22,500 bases of DNA from Promethearchaeota archaeon (GTDB lineage Archaea; Asgardarchaeota; Lokiarchaeia; Sigyniarchaeales; SOKP01): NCBI GenBank assembly GCA_004524535.1, contig SDNY01000056.1, forward strand, positions 1-22,500. The letters run 5' to 3'. The stretch's first letter is position 1. Every line of letters begins with the position of its first letter. The notes beneath the pieces were generated by a model. It was given only the letters and a program-made list of their open reading frames with translations, was not told where the DNA came from and made no database searches. The position numbers and the translations under genes were made by a program. Below, piece by piece: positions 1 to 8,823 of this stretch.

Positions 1-348
1 GGTATGCGACAAGCAGGAATAATCGCTTCTTTTGGTTTAGTAGCTCTTGAACCAAAATGGATTAAAAGACTCGAGGAAGACCATAAAAATGCAAAATTAC
101 TTGCCGAAGGAATTGAAAATTTGGATCTTCCTATTAAAATTCAAAAACCTGATACCAATATACTTATGATATCTCTCCCCCAGGATATACGTATAATTAA
201 AGTAATTACTGCTCTTAATAAAGAAGGAATTTTAGCTTTTAATATAGATAAGCAAAGAATCCGTTTTGTTACTCATTATGGGATAAATGAAGATGACATT
301 CAGCATAGTATCAAAAGAATTGGAGAAGTTTTGAGAAAATTTTTGTAA
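1..348 (+). CDS. ltaE: Low-specificity L-threonine aldolase, C-terminal part (5' end outside window)
   Basis: Frame is open from base 1. GMRQAGIIA...RLEEDHKNAKLLAEGI...DTNIL...IRFVTH matches the C-terminal motifs of the LtaE/GLY1 PLP family (GGGMRQAG, RLxEDH, TN, RFVTH). Confidence 0.85.
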   Translation, partial: GMRQAGIIASFGLVALEPKWIKRLEEDHKNAKLLAEGIENLDLPIKIQKPDTNILMISLPQDIRIIKVITALNKEGILAFNIDKQRIRFVTHYGINEDDIQHSIKRIGEVLRKFL

Positions 349-444
349 ATTTGAATACTTTATTAAGCATAAAGAAAAATATTTTTATGTCTTTGGAAAT
401 AGAGATATGCCTATTAATAACCTTTGAAATATAATTCCAAGAAT

Positions 445-1323
445 TTATTTTTGTGAAATTATTTGAATTTGATTACCAAAAATGTGTGGTTTTAATATTA
501 GATTCAAAATTCTATCAAATCTTTGAAATTTTATTCCAATTTTTTTGATTTTTTTGTTAAAAAATTTAAAAACATAAGAGAGAGTTTGTTTATAGTAGTT
601 TATTTTAATTATTTTAAATTTATTTTGTTTGAGAAGCTGTATATATTGGAAGTTTTTCAAAGCTTTCTCTTCTGGAGTTATCCATCCTTTTAAAATGGCG
701 TATTTTCTTAATAAATTAAACTCTTGGATTAGTGGATTTTGAATAATCCACCTAAGAGGGAAATTAAAATTTGGCTCGAATAGGAGTAATAAACCATCTT
801 CTTTTAAGACTCTAAATGCTTCTTTTATAACAATATCCATGAAGTTTAGCGGGAGATGATGTAATAAAAACTGGATGTGTGCAATATCAAAAGACTCAGA
901 CGGAAAATTCAGTTTTTCAGCAGAACAGATAGAAAAACAGTTTTTTAGACCAAATTTTTCATGTAAAATCTTATTGTTTTCAATAGTTTCTGGGGATATA
1001 TCTATTCCAACTGCTTCATTTCCAGAAAGAACCCAGTATGTGACATAATGACGATTTCCACACCCAATATCTATAATTTTCTTGTTTTTAACTTTACCAA
1101 TTAAATTTTCCCACCAAAAAGATTTTTTCATTCTCCTTAAAAATGAGTGCTTGCTAATATTTTTCCTTAGTCCTATACTATATCTATCCCAAAAAATTCT
1201 CTCTTTTATTTTATTACTGTTTCTTATAAAGTATATCTTTTTTTTCATTCTACACAAAATTGAATGGTTGTTAACATTTTTATATCTTTTTTTCAAATTT
1301 TCCGTACAAGAATCCGATATCAA
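445..1323 (-). CDS. Class I SAM-dependent methyltransferase (true start may be the ATG at 1248)
   Basis: Motif I IIDIGCGN, GIDIS, SAEKLNFPSESFDIA, LLHHL and EAFRVLKEDGLLLLFEPN are typical Methyltransf_11 motifs. Very AT-rich sequence. Confidence 0.85.
   Translation of the reverse strand: MISDSCTENLKKRYKNVNNHSILCRMKKKIYFIRNSNKIKERIFWDRYSIGLRKNISKHSFLRRMKKSFWWENLIGKVKNKKIIDIGCGNRHYVTYWVLSGNEAVGIDISPETIENNKILHEKFGLKNCFSICSAEKLNFPSESFDIAHIQFLLHHLPLNFMDIVIKEAFRVLKEDGLLLLFEPNFNFPLRWIIQNPLIQEFNLLRKYAILKGWITPEEKALKNFQYIQLLKQNKFKIIKINYYKQTLSYVFKFFNKKIKKIGIKFQRFDRILNLILKPHIFGNQIQIISQK
1124..1282. repeat. Degenerate ~42-nt direct repeat, two copies 117 nt apart, at the 5' end of the methyltransferase
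   Basis: 1124-1165 tttttcattctccttaaaaatgagtgcttgctaatatttttc vs 1241-1282 tttttcattctacacaaaattgaatggttgttaacattttta (about 33/42 identical by hand). Encodes KNISKHSFLRRMKK and KNVNNHSILCRMKK in the same frame. Confidence 0.6.
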
Positions 1324-1426
1324 ATTATATTTGTTAGCTTTTATTCTTCAAACACTAATATGAATTTGGATTTAACTTTAACATGAATTTTGTTAATAAA
1401 ATAAAAATAAAAAAAATAATAGGATT

Positions 1427-3277
1427 TTATATTCCTAATTCATCTAATTTTTCTTTAGTGGGCCAGCCGGTTTCCCAATCCCAACCTCGGAATTGATAAT
1501 AAGTCTTTAAGTTATCTTCTAAATCAACTTTAATCCCAGCTGAACCTCCGGTTTCTAGTGCTTCAGTAACAATTTTAGGTAAATAATCATCCTCTCTTTT
1601 GCATCCAAGCTTGCAAGAGATCAATCTTTTAAGATTTGTAGCTCTTTCGCCTGCTAAAAACAGTTTTTTCTTATTTCCCAAAGAAGAAAATCCAGTAGCG
1701 ACTTTAAGTAATTTCGTTAGAATCGATATGTTAATATGGGGGAAATTACAAATAACTGCGGAATCGAAAATATTACATATATCTTGCAAATTAGCAACTG
1801 AATCTTCCCTGCCATCAATATTAAAACGGTCATCTTTTTTTACTTTCATGAGTGAAGCAGCATCACCATCAATATTAAAGAAATCCCCTTTTTCATGACT
1901 AGCTCCAATACAGCAAGTCATATAAGTTAACGCTTGTCCAAGGTAGGCTCTAGGATCATGCATAGGAATTTCTAATCCCTTTACATGTGCTGCTAAATCG
2001 GGGTCGACACCTAATTTTTCAGCCATAGTTCTTACTCCTTCTGCTAAAATATCTCCTATACCGTCTCTCTTAATAATTTGATTAAGAAGTTTTAAAACTA
2101 CATCCTCATTTCCCCATTTTAATTCTTGTAGTTTAATATCGGTCAAGTATTTGGAAATATTATCAATAGAAATCTTATTTTCAGCCAGATAAATTAAGAA
2201 TGATATTGAAACTCCACTAGAAATAGTATCAATCCCCTCGAGATTACATATATGATTTGCTTTAAGGATAGATTTAAAGTCTAAAATTCCACACATTGGA
2301 CCAAAAGCAGCAGTTGTTTCGTATTCAGGACCATCAATTTCAACTTCTTTCCCATCTATTTCAGCAATTGTAACCTTCCCGCAACCGATGGTACATCCTG
2401 CACAGGCATATTTCAAAACAGGATATTGTTCTTTTAAAGCTTTTCCCGTCAATCGTTCAGCGATAAATTCAGTATTTGTAAAATAATTCGCAGGAACGTC
2501 AGCTAAGACCATTCCCATATCAGTATAACATAAAGTGCCATGATTACTGAAAAATTGTGATGCGAATGCGTTCATTATATTTTTTATAGAGTTTCTTCCA
2601 GTGGTTGCTAGTGTTTCTTTATCAGCATATTCAATTGATTGCCCTCCTTTAACAGCTATTGCTTTTAACTTTTTTTTGCCCATCAGTGCTCCCAAACCAC
2701 AACGACCAGCGGCTCTCCCTTCATCATTAATAATGGCAGCGTATTTTACTAAGTTCTCACCACCCTTCCCTATGCAAGCTATGCGGATTCTATTTTCGTT
2801 AAGATTAGTTCTAATTGTCTCGATTGTTTCTCGAGTATTTTTTCCCCAAATATCATTCGCATCTTTAATTTCAATTTGCCCTTCATTAATAACTATATAT
2901 TTTGGCTGATCAGCTTCTCCAGTTATAACTAAAGCATCAAATCCAGATCTCTTTAAAGCTATGGGAAGAAAACCTCCTGATGTAGCTTCTCCCCAAATGC
3001 CCGTCAAGGGTGATATCCCTGCTACAGAATATCTACTACTGGAGGGGGTAGCTGTTCCTGTTAATGGTCCCGTTGCAAAAACAAGAGGATTAACATTTGC
3101 TAAGGAATCATTTTTTAGAATTTCATAAGCCCCTTCCGAAAGTAAATCATAAATGAGTTTTGCTGATAACCCCACGCCTCCAATATATGCCTCTGCTATA
3201 GTAGGATCTAAATCTTTAATCTCAACTTTTAATTGGTTTAAATCAATATAAGCAATTTTTCCATTATATCCTAACAT
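1427..3277 (-). CDS. aor: Aldehyde:ferredoxin oxidoreductase (tungstopterin AOR family)
   Basis: 616 aa. GYNGKIAYIDL, SPLTG..GEATSGG, GRAAGRCGLGALMGKKKLKAIAV, 4Fe-4S ligands CAGCTIGC plus a distal Cys (AVICNF), GPEYET, CNLEGIDTIS, HVKGLEIPMHDPR, YYQFRGWD. Confidence 0.95.
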   Translation of the reverse strand: MLGYNGKIAYIDLNQLKVEIKDLDPTIAEAYIGGVGLSAKLIYDLLSEGAYEILKNDSLANVNPLVFATGPLTGTATPSSSRYSVAGISPLTGIWGEATSGGFLPIALKRSGFDALVITGEADQPKYIVINEGQIEIKDANDIWGKNTRETIETIRTNLNENRIRIACIGKGGENLVKYAAIINDEGRAAGRCGLGALMGKKKLKAIAVKGGQSIEYADKETLATTGRNSIKNIMNAFASQFFSNHGTLCYTDMGMVLADVPANYFTNTEFIAERLTGKALKEQYPVLKYACAGCTIGCGKVTIAEIDGKEVEIDGPEYETTAAFGPMCGILDFKSILKANHICNLEGIDTISSGVSISFLIYLAENKISIDNISKYLTDIKLQELKWGNEDVVLKLLNQIIKRDGIGDILAEGVRTMAEKLGVDPDLAAHVKGLEIPMHDPRAYLGQALTYMTCCIGASHEKGDFFNIDGDAASLMKVKKDDRFNIDGREDSVANLQDICNIFDSAVICNFPHINISILTKLLKVATGFSSLGNKKKLFLAGERATNLKRLISCKLGCKREDDYLPKIVTEALETGGSAGIKVDLEDNLKTYYQFRGWDWETGWPTKEKLDELGI

Positions 3278-3292
3278 CTTTTCATATTCCTC

Positions 3293-4603
3293 CTATTTAT
3301 AAAACAACTCCATTATATCATCTAATTTATTTTCATATGCTATCTCATACATCCATCGTATTGTTGGCGGATCAAGCTTTCGAGTGGAAGATAATGTTGT
3401 ATAGTCATCAAATGCATATTCCACCATTTGATCCATTTTACTCATATATTCTTCACGAGAAATTTTAGGTTTTTCAAGTTCACTGATGGATAATGGGCAT
3501 CCTACTAATTTCATAAATGCTCTTAATTTTTCCAGTAATTCTCTTAAAATTTCGTCTCGTTGTCTACCTTCTATTTTAATTTTAAAAACTTTAGCAAGAT
3601 CTTTAAATCTATCTGTGGCTTTCGATTGAAAAGCAAGGGATATACTAAGATACAATGCTACGCAAACTCCATGATGAGCATGAAATAAGGCACCAAAAGA
3701 ATGCCCTAAACCATGTTCAACCCCTCCTGAAACATTTCCAAAACCTATTCCAGCAATATATGATCCTAATTGCATCTTTGAACGCGCTTCAAGATCATTT
3801 CCACGTTTTATTGCGCGAGGTAAATAATCTAAGATCATTTGAATTGCCTTAAGATTATTAATGTCAGTATATTCAGTACTCATAGTTAAGACATAAGATC
3901 CCATAGCATGTGCTAATGCGTCCATTCCGGTTCCCATAGTTAAATATGGTGGCATTGTTTTTACAAAATCAGTATGTAATACCACAAAATCAGGACAAAG
4001 CTCATATAAAACAACTTCCGTCTTTTTAGGAGGTTCTCTATCTGTATCAGTTACAACTGCTATAAATGTTGTTTCAGATCCTGTGCCGCTAGTAGTTGGA
4101 ATTGCCGCTAAAATGTACACTTTTTTCCTAAGCCCTAAGTACGAGGGGGCCATTAGATTATTTAAATTTATTTCGGGTTTTTCATATAATAACAAAATCA
4201 TTTTAGCTGTATCCATTGCTGAGCCTCCCCCAATAGCTATTATTGCTTTTGGGTCATATTCATTACAAACCTCAACTGCTTCCATTACAGTGGATCTTGG
4301 AACTTCAGGCAACACATTTGAAAAAATTCTTGAATCGATTTGTTTCATGGTCTTTAATGTTTCTGCAACTTTTTCTCCGAATTTTGGTAAATCTTTATCA
4401 ACAACTAATAATACCCGTTTATCCTCTGCTGATAAAAAGCTACCTAGGTGATTTGCAAAATCTATTAGACTATTCGTTCCAGTAAAGGTTGTCTTTGGAG
4501 AAACTATTGGGCCGTGGTAATTCCTCATCGCATTAGACGACGCCTTGATATATAACGATTTCAAGGATTCCGTCTCATACCAAGCTTTTTGTTGGCTTCC
4601 CAT
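3293..4603 (-). CDS. Iron-containing (type III) alcohol dehydrogenase
   Basis: GGGSAMDTAK, PTTSGTGSET, and metal ligands DALAH / EHGLGH / HHG. Stop codon lies 15 nt before the aor start, so probably one operon. Confidence 0.93.
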   Translation of the reverse strand: MGSQQKAWYETESLKSLYIKASSNAMRNYHGPIVSPKTTFTGTNSLIDFANHLGSFLSAEDKRVLLVVDKDLPKFGEKVAETLKTMKQIDSRIFSNVLPEVPRSTVMEAVEVCNEYDPKAIIAIGGGSAMDTAKMILLLYEKPEINLNNLMAPSYLGLRKKVYILAAIPTTSGTGSETTFIAVVTDTDREPPKKTEVVLYELCPDFVVLHTDFVKTMPPYLTMGTGMDALAHAMGSYVLTMSTEYTDINNLKAIQMILDYLPRAIKRGNDLEARSKMQLGSYIAGIGFGNVSGGVEHGLGHSFGALFHAHHGVCVALYLSISLAFQSKATDRFKDLAKVFKIKIEGRQRDEILRELLEKLRAFMKLVGCPLSISELEKPKISREEYMSKMDQMVEYAFDDYTTLSSTRKLDPPTIRWMYEIAYENKLDDIMELFYK

Positions 4604-4680
4604 ATTTTTATTTTCACTTCCTTTTGTTATAATAAGATATATTTTATACTATCTAAAATGATATACTAGTATTTATTTTA

Positions 4681-4696
4681 ATGTGATTTTTCACAT
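4681..4696. promoter_or_regulatory. Palindrome ATGTGA-N4-TCACAT upstream of adh-aor; candidate operator
   Basis: Perfect 6-bp arms, about 78 nt upstream of the adh ATG, in the 125-nt intergenic region. Confidence 0.4.
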
Positions 4697-4728
4697 ACCA
4701 CAAAGAAAAATATTTAAAACTAAATGTT

Positions 4729-5838
4729 TTAATTCGTCGCAATTTTTTTCAGAGGAATAAACACATCTCTCGGACCTATTCTTTCTAGATGTATGGCTTC
4801 CTCAGGACAAAGATGTGCGCACACGCCGCATCCTATGCATAATTCTTCATTTACTGTTGCGATTGAATCCTCTAAATCAATTGCTTCCAAAGGACACTTC
4901 TCTACGCATGTCCCACAGCCCACACAATCCTCTTCATTCACTCTCGATATGTAAGAACTAATTGTATGTAGTGGTAACACACCTCGATGATACATCCCCA
5001 GAATACCGCAACAACATTTGCAACAATTACATATTGCTTCAATGCCTTTTTTGGGATCGGAATGTATATGAAAAACTTTATGAACAAGACCATAATCTTC
5101 AGCTTCCCTAAAGATTTTCATTGCGTCCTCTTTTGAAATAGGACTTGCAAAGTTACGTTCAATAGCAAATTTAGCGGATTTATCAAAAAGAAAGCAATTC
5201 AATTTTGGAGCGCCTAATTTGCAGGGATCATTAAGAAGATCATGTTGGTGTCTACAATAACAATGCGCAACAGCAATATTATTTTCTTCTTTTTCATAAT
5301 CTTCTAAATATTTTTCTATTTCTTCATAGGGTAACACTACTTCTTGCGGTATCTCCACTTCCTTTTCAACTGGAACGGTTCTATCAACTGCAGGCACTTG
5401 CTTAAATAATTTTGAAACAGACTCATAATTTTTTTGAGATTGAGTGCCTAATTCATCAAATAATTTGTCTGCTAATTCTGCTACTTTTTTATGTTTATCA
5501 TCAGTTAATCCTTTCAATAGCGAATATTCAAAAATTCCGGGGTACGGACCCATAAGACGATAAACCATAATGCCAGTGTTTCTACTTGGAGATCCTAAAA
5601 CTATTCCATTATCCATTAATGCGTTCAACATTTTAAGTATTGCTTCTTTATTCATATCTGTTTTTGCTTTTATCTGCTCCAAAGTTAATGTTGGCTTTTT
5701 ATAGATTAAAAGAAATTTAGCTTGCTCTTCTGTAATTACTGTTTGAAGAAATTCAATCAAAGTATCCGTTATAGGAAAAGGAAAAGCTCCTGCCTTTACA
5801 ATGGTTCTTGCGACTTTATACCATAACTTTTCAGACAT
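4729..5838 (-). CDS. Cys-rich iron-sulfur protein with N-terminal HTH-like region and C-terminal 2x[4Fe-4S] ferredoxin domain
   Basis: Central CYCR..C..C..ICNCCKCCCG cluster; C-terminal CVGCGTCVEKCP and CIGCGVCAHLCP; N-terminal TLEQIKAKT..LNALMDNGIV looks like a winged helix. Confidence 0.88.
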   Translation of the reverse strand: MSEKLWYKVARTIVKAGAFPFPITDTLIEFLQTVITEEQAKFLLIYKKPTLTLEQIKAKTDMNKEAILKMLNALMDNGIVLGSPSRNTGIMVYRLMGPYPGIFEYSLLKGLTDDKHKKVAELADKLFDELGTQSQKNYESVSKLFKQVPAVDRTVPVEKEVEIPQEVVLPYEEIEKYLEDYEKEENNIAVAHCYCRHQHDLLNDPCKLGAPKLNCFLFDKSAKFAIERNFASPISKEDAMKIFREAEDYGLVHKVFHIHSDPKKGIEAICNCCKCCCGILGMYHRGVLPLHTISSYISRVNEEDCVGCGTCVEKCPLEAIDLEDSIATVNEELCIGCGVCAHLCPEEAIHLERIGPRDVFIPLKKIATN

Positions 5839-6068
5839 TATAATTAACTATTTTTATTATATTATTTTCAAAATTAAACTACATAAAATAAAATTACATA
5901 ATTTATTTAAATTGGGACAAGAATTCAAAAACATTTTTTTCCCAAAAAAACTAGCTTTTTAGACATATAATTTTTATAATGCGTCGTTTTTAAAATTTAA
6001 ATATTAATGTGTTTAATAATTTATCATTAACTTAATTATTCAAAATAAATATAAAATCGTGATTAAAA

Positions 6069-6962
6069 ATGTCAGACGAGTTATCAGATAAATTGGTTAT
6101 TAGTGCCGCGTTAGCTGGCGCAGCAACGGTGAAATCTCAAAATGAAAATGTTCCATACACAGCAGAAGAATTTGGGAACGAAGCAAAAAAATGTTACGAC
6201 GCAGGAGCTTCAATTGTTCATATCCACGCCAGAGACCCAGAAAAAGGAAATCCTACCCATGAATTGGATATTATAAAAGCTGTAATAGATGCAATTAAAG
6301 AACGTGCCCCCGGAATTCTTATAAATCTAAGTACTGCAATTTCTCAGGTTGCAACTGAGAAACAAAGAATAAAACCTGTTGAAACATATAAACCACCTCT
6401 CTGCTCACTAAATACAAATTCTATGAACTTTAGTGTAGGCGACCATAAAACTGGGCAAGTGTTACTTGCCCCCACAATGGTTTTTATGAACAATTTCTCA
6501 ATGATTCAAAAGTTTGCTAAAAGAATGAAAAAAGCTCGGTCAAAACCGGAAATAGAAGTGTATGACATGGGAGGTCTTTATAATATCCTTTTCCTTAATA
6601 AACAAGAAGGTTTATTCGATCAACCGCTTCACTTCCAATTTGTATTTGGAGTGCTAGGAGGGATTCCATTTTCCTACCAAAATCTAGCTAGTCTTTTAGC
6701 TCTAAAACCCCCTGATGCTACTTGGAGTGTATGTGGTGTAGCAAAAGATCAGTTTCGAGCAGGAATGTGCGCTTCCGTAATGGGAGGTCATATAAGGGTG
6801 GGTTTAGAAGATAATATCCGAACTATTGATGGTGCATTGGCTAAAGGTTCTTATGAGCAAGTAGAGTGGGCAGCTAAAGTTGCTAAAATAGCAGGACGAG
6901 AAGTAGCTACTCCAGCAGAAGCGGCAGAGATCTTCCATCTACATAAAACAGATGTATATTAA
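6069..6962 (+). CDS. BKACE / DUF849 family beta-keto acid cleavage enzyme (3-keto-5-aminohexanoate cleavage enzyme homolog)
   Basis: ISAALAGA..NENVPYT, Zn ligands HIHARD, KPEIEVYD, FQFVFGV.GG, catalytic HIRVGLEDN, GREVATPAEA. Confidence 0.93.
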   Translation: MSDELSDKLVISAALAGAATVKSQNENVPYTAEEFGNEAKKCYDAGASIVHIHARDPEKGNPTHELDIIKAVIDAIKERAPGILINLSTAISQVATEKQRIKPVETYKPPLCSLNTNSMNFSVGDHKTGQVLLAPTMVFMNNFSMIQKFAKRMKKARSKPEIEVYDMGGLYNILFLNKQEGLFDQPLHFQFVFGVLGGIPFSYQNLASLLALKPPDATWSVCGVAKDQFRAGMCASVMGGHIRVGLEDNIRTIDGALAKGSYEQVEWAAKVAKIAGREVATPAEAAEIFHLHKTDVY

Positions 6963-6982
6963 GAAGCTTTAATTTATTTCAA

Positions 6983-6991
6983 TTTTTTTTT
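6983..6991 (+). terminator. Oligo-T (T9) archaeal-type terminator after the BKACE gene
   Basis: T9 run 20 nt after the stop codon, followed by further T-rich sequence. Confidence 0.5.
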
Positions 6992-7208
6992 ATTTCTTTT
7001 AATAAAATAACATTTATATTTCTCTGAATAAGTATAACTAATTTTAACAATTTGAGTGTTCTCATGTTATAAGTTTTTTATTTTTTTCACTTTTAAATAA
7101 AGATCCAAAAGATGCATATTTTTATTTGAAAGATATATATCATAGAATGTAAAATATTATTCATTAAAAAAAAATAGATATCTAAAAAAAATAAAAGTGT
7201 GAAAGACA

Positions 7209-7685
7209 TTGACATTAAATATAGATGAAGAGCAGGATGTATCTGTCACAAAAGGTATGATACGTGCTGAATTTAACTTTTGGGTCGGAATTGTCATGGA
7301 TAAATTCTATGATGGACTTCAAGAGAAAAAATTTATAGGTACTAAATGCTCTAAATGTGGAAAAGTTTTTCTACCGCCTAGAAATAGATGTGGAGATTGC
7401 TTTGCGAAGGCTGAGGATTTTATTGACTTACCTGAAACTGGTATACTAAAGAATTTTACTGTAACGACTTATAAAATATCTGAGCGAAAAACAAGAAACG
7501 TGAAAAAAGATCAGATCGTAGGATTGGTCCAAATTGATGGAGCAGATAGCGCTATGGTTGTACCAGTTATAAATATAAATCCAGAAGATTTGAAAATAGG
7601 TATGAAATTAAAAGTAGTATGGGCAAAAAATATAAAAGGAGATCCCAATGATATTGCGGGATTTGAGCCAATAGGAGGCGTTTAA
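7209..7685 (+). CDS. DUF35 / ChsH2-C-like Zn-ribbon + OB-fold acyl-CoA-binding protein
   Basis: KFYDGL..IGTKCSKC-x10-CGDC, G.LKNFTV, GLVQIDGAD, LKIGMKLKVVW. TTG start. Ends 2 nt before the next gene. Confidence 0.92.
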   Translation: MTLNIDEEQDVSVTKGMIRAEFNFWVGIVMDKFYDGLQEKKFIGTKCSKCGKVFLPPRNRCGDCFAKAEDFIDLPETGILKNFTVTTYKISERKTRNVKKDQIVGLVQIDGADSAMVVPVININPEDLKIGMKLKVVWAKNIKGDPNDIAGFEPIGGV

Positions 7686-7687
7686 AA

Positions 7688-8818
7688 ATGGATAAAGTAG
7701 CAATAGTAGGTTTTTATCAAGTTAAACCTGGATTAGACTTAATGATGAGCCCTTATGAAATGCTTTTTGAGGCAACAAGAGGGGCATTAGATCATGCTGG
7801 ATTAAAGAGAGACGATTTATCCACCGTAATTGGATGCAATAACGATTATTATGATGGTAAAACTATTTCAAATTGTTTTAAAGTAGAAGCGGGTGGTGCC
7901 TACATGAAGGATGAAAGTAAAGTTGAGATGGATGGGGCTCATGCTGTAATGTATGGACTAATGAGGATCTTATCAGGAAATCATAAATTAGCAATGGTGT
8001 ATGGTATTAGTGCGCCTTCTTGTTTTCCATACGAATCTGTTAGAATTTTAGAAACTGATCCTACGTTCGATCGACCAATCAATCTTTTAAATGGATATAC
8101 CGCAGGGGGAATGCAGATGAGGGCTTATTTAAATGCTTTTGGGCTTTCAGAAGAAGATATCGCTAAAGTTGCTGTATATAATTTAAAAAATGCCGCAAAA
8201 AATCCTTTAGCAATACCAGAAGCTCAAAAAACTAACATAACTGTTGATGAAGTATTAAATTCTGAAATGTTGAGTGCTCCTTTGAAAAAATTAATGTATC
8301 CTATTCTATGTGATGGCGTGACAGCCTTAATTCTTGCTCCAGAAAGGCAGGCTCGTAAAATAACAGATAAACCTGTATGGATTACTGGTGTAGGACACTT
8401 TAACGACACATATTATTTGGGTGATAGAGATTTAAGTAGTTGTTCTTCAATGGAAAAAGCCGCAGAGAAAGCTTATAAAATAGCCGGAATAAATAATCCA
8501 AAAAGCGAAATTAATGTGGCTGAACTCTTTGGACATACTGCCTGTGAAGATTTGATTCTAGCTGAAGCTGCAGGGTTGGCCGATAAAGGAAAAGGCTTAT
8601 CTTTAATTGACACTGGGAAACTTAATCCTTCAGGAGGAACAATGGCAGGATATACTCCTGCTGCAAATGGTTTAACGAGGATTGTAGAGGCTGTGAAACA
8701 AATTCGAGGTGAAGCAGAGGGACATCAAATATCGGGGGCTAATAAAGCAATTGCTTCAGGGCAAGTTGGCTTTTGTGCTCAAAATAATATTGTATATGTT
8801 TTAGAGGGAGGTGAATAA
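7688..8818 (+). CDS. Thiolase-fold protein, Ltp4-like (no nucleophilic Cys); putative retro-aldolase subunit
   Basis: VAIVGF, DYYDG, ESKVEMDGAHA, ETDP, CDG, PVWITG, LGDRDL, NPSGG and C-terminal QNNIVYVLEG recall actinobacterial Ltp4 (ESHVEMDAAWA, QQNLVAVMEG; recalled, not aligned). RBS GGAGG at 7674-7678. Confidence 0.85.
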   Translation: MDKVAIVGFYQVKPGLDLMMSPYEMLFEATRGALDHAGLKRDDLSTVIGCNNDYYDGKTISNCFKVEAGGAYMKDESKVEMDGAHAVMYGLMRILSGNHKLAMVYGISAPSCFPYESVRILETDPTFDRPINLLNGYTAGGMQMRAYLNAFGLSEEDIAKVAVYNLKNAAKNPLAIPEAQKTNITVDEVLNSEMLSAPLKKLMYPILCDGVTALILAPERQARKITDKPVWITGVGHFNDTYYLGDRDLSSCSSMEKAAEKAYKIAGINNPKSEINVAELFGHTACEDLILAEAAGLADKGKGLSLIDTGKLNPSGGTMAGYTPAANGLTRIVEAVKQIRGEAEGHQISGANKAIASGQVGFCAQNNIVYVLEGGE

Positions 8819-8823
8819 TAAAA

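Noticed and set aside
1082-4485. Short plus-strand ORFs (1082, 1599, 2601, 3655, 4083, 4243)
   Set aside because: Largely or wholly antisense to well-supported genes, with no recognisable motifs.
5839-6068. TTGGGA...TCCCAA inverted repeat in the divergent intergenic region as an ncRNA or MITE
   Set aside because: Only 6-bp arms, no extended stem, no target-site duplication and no second copy.
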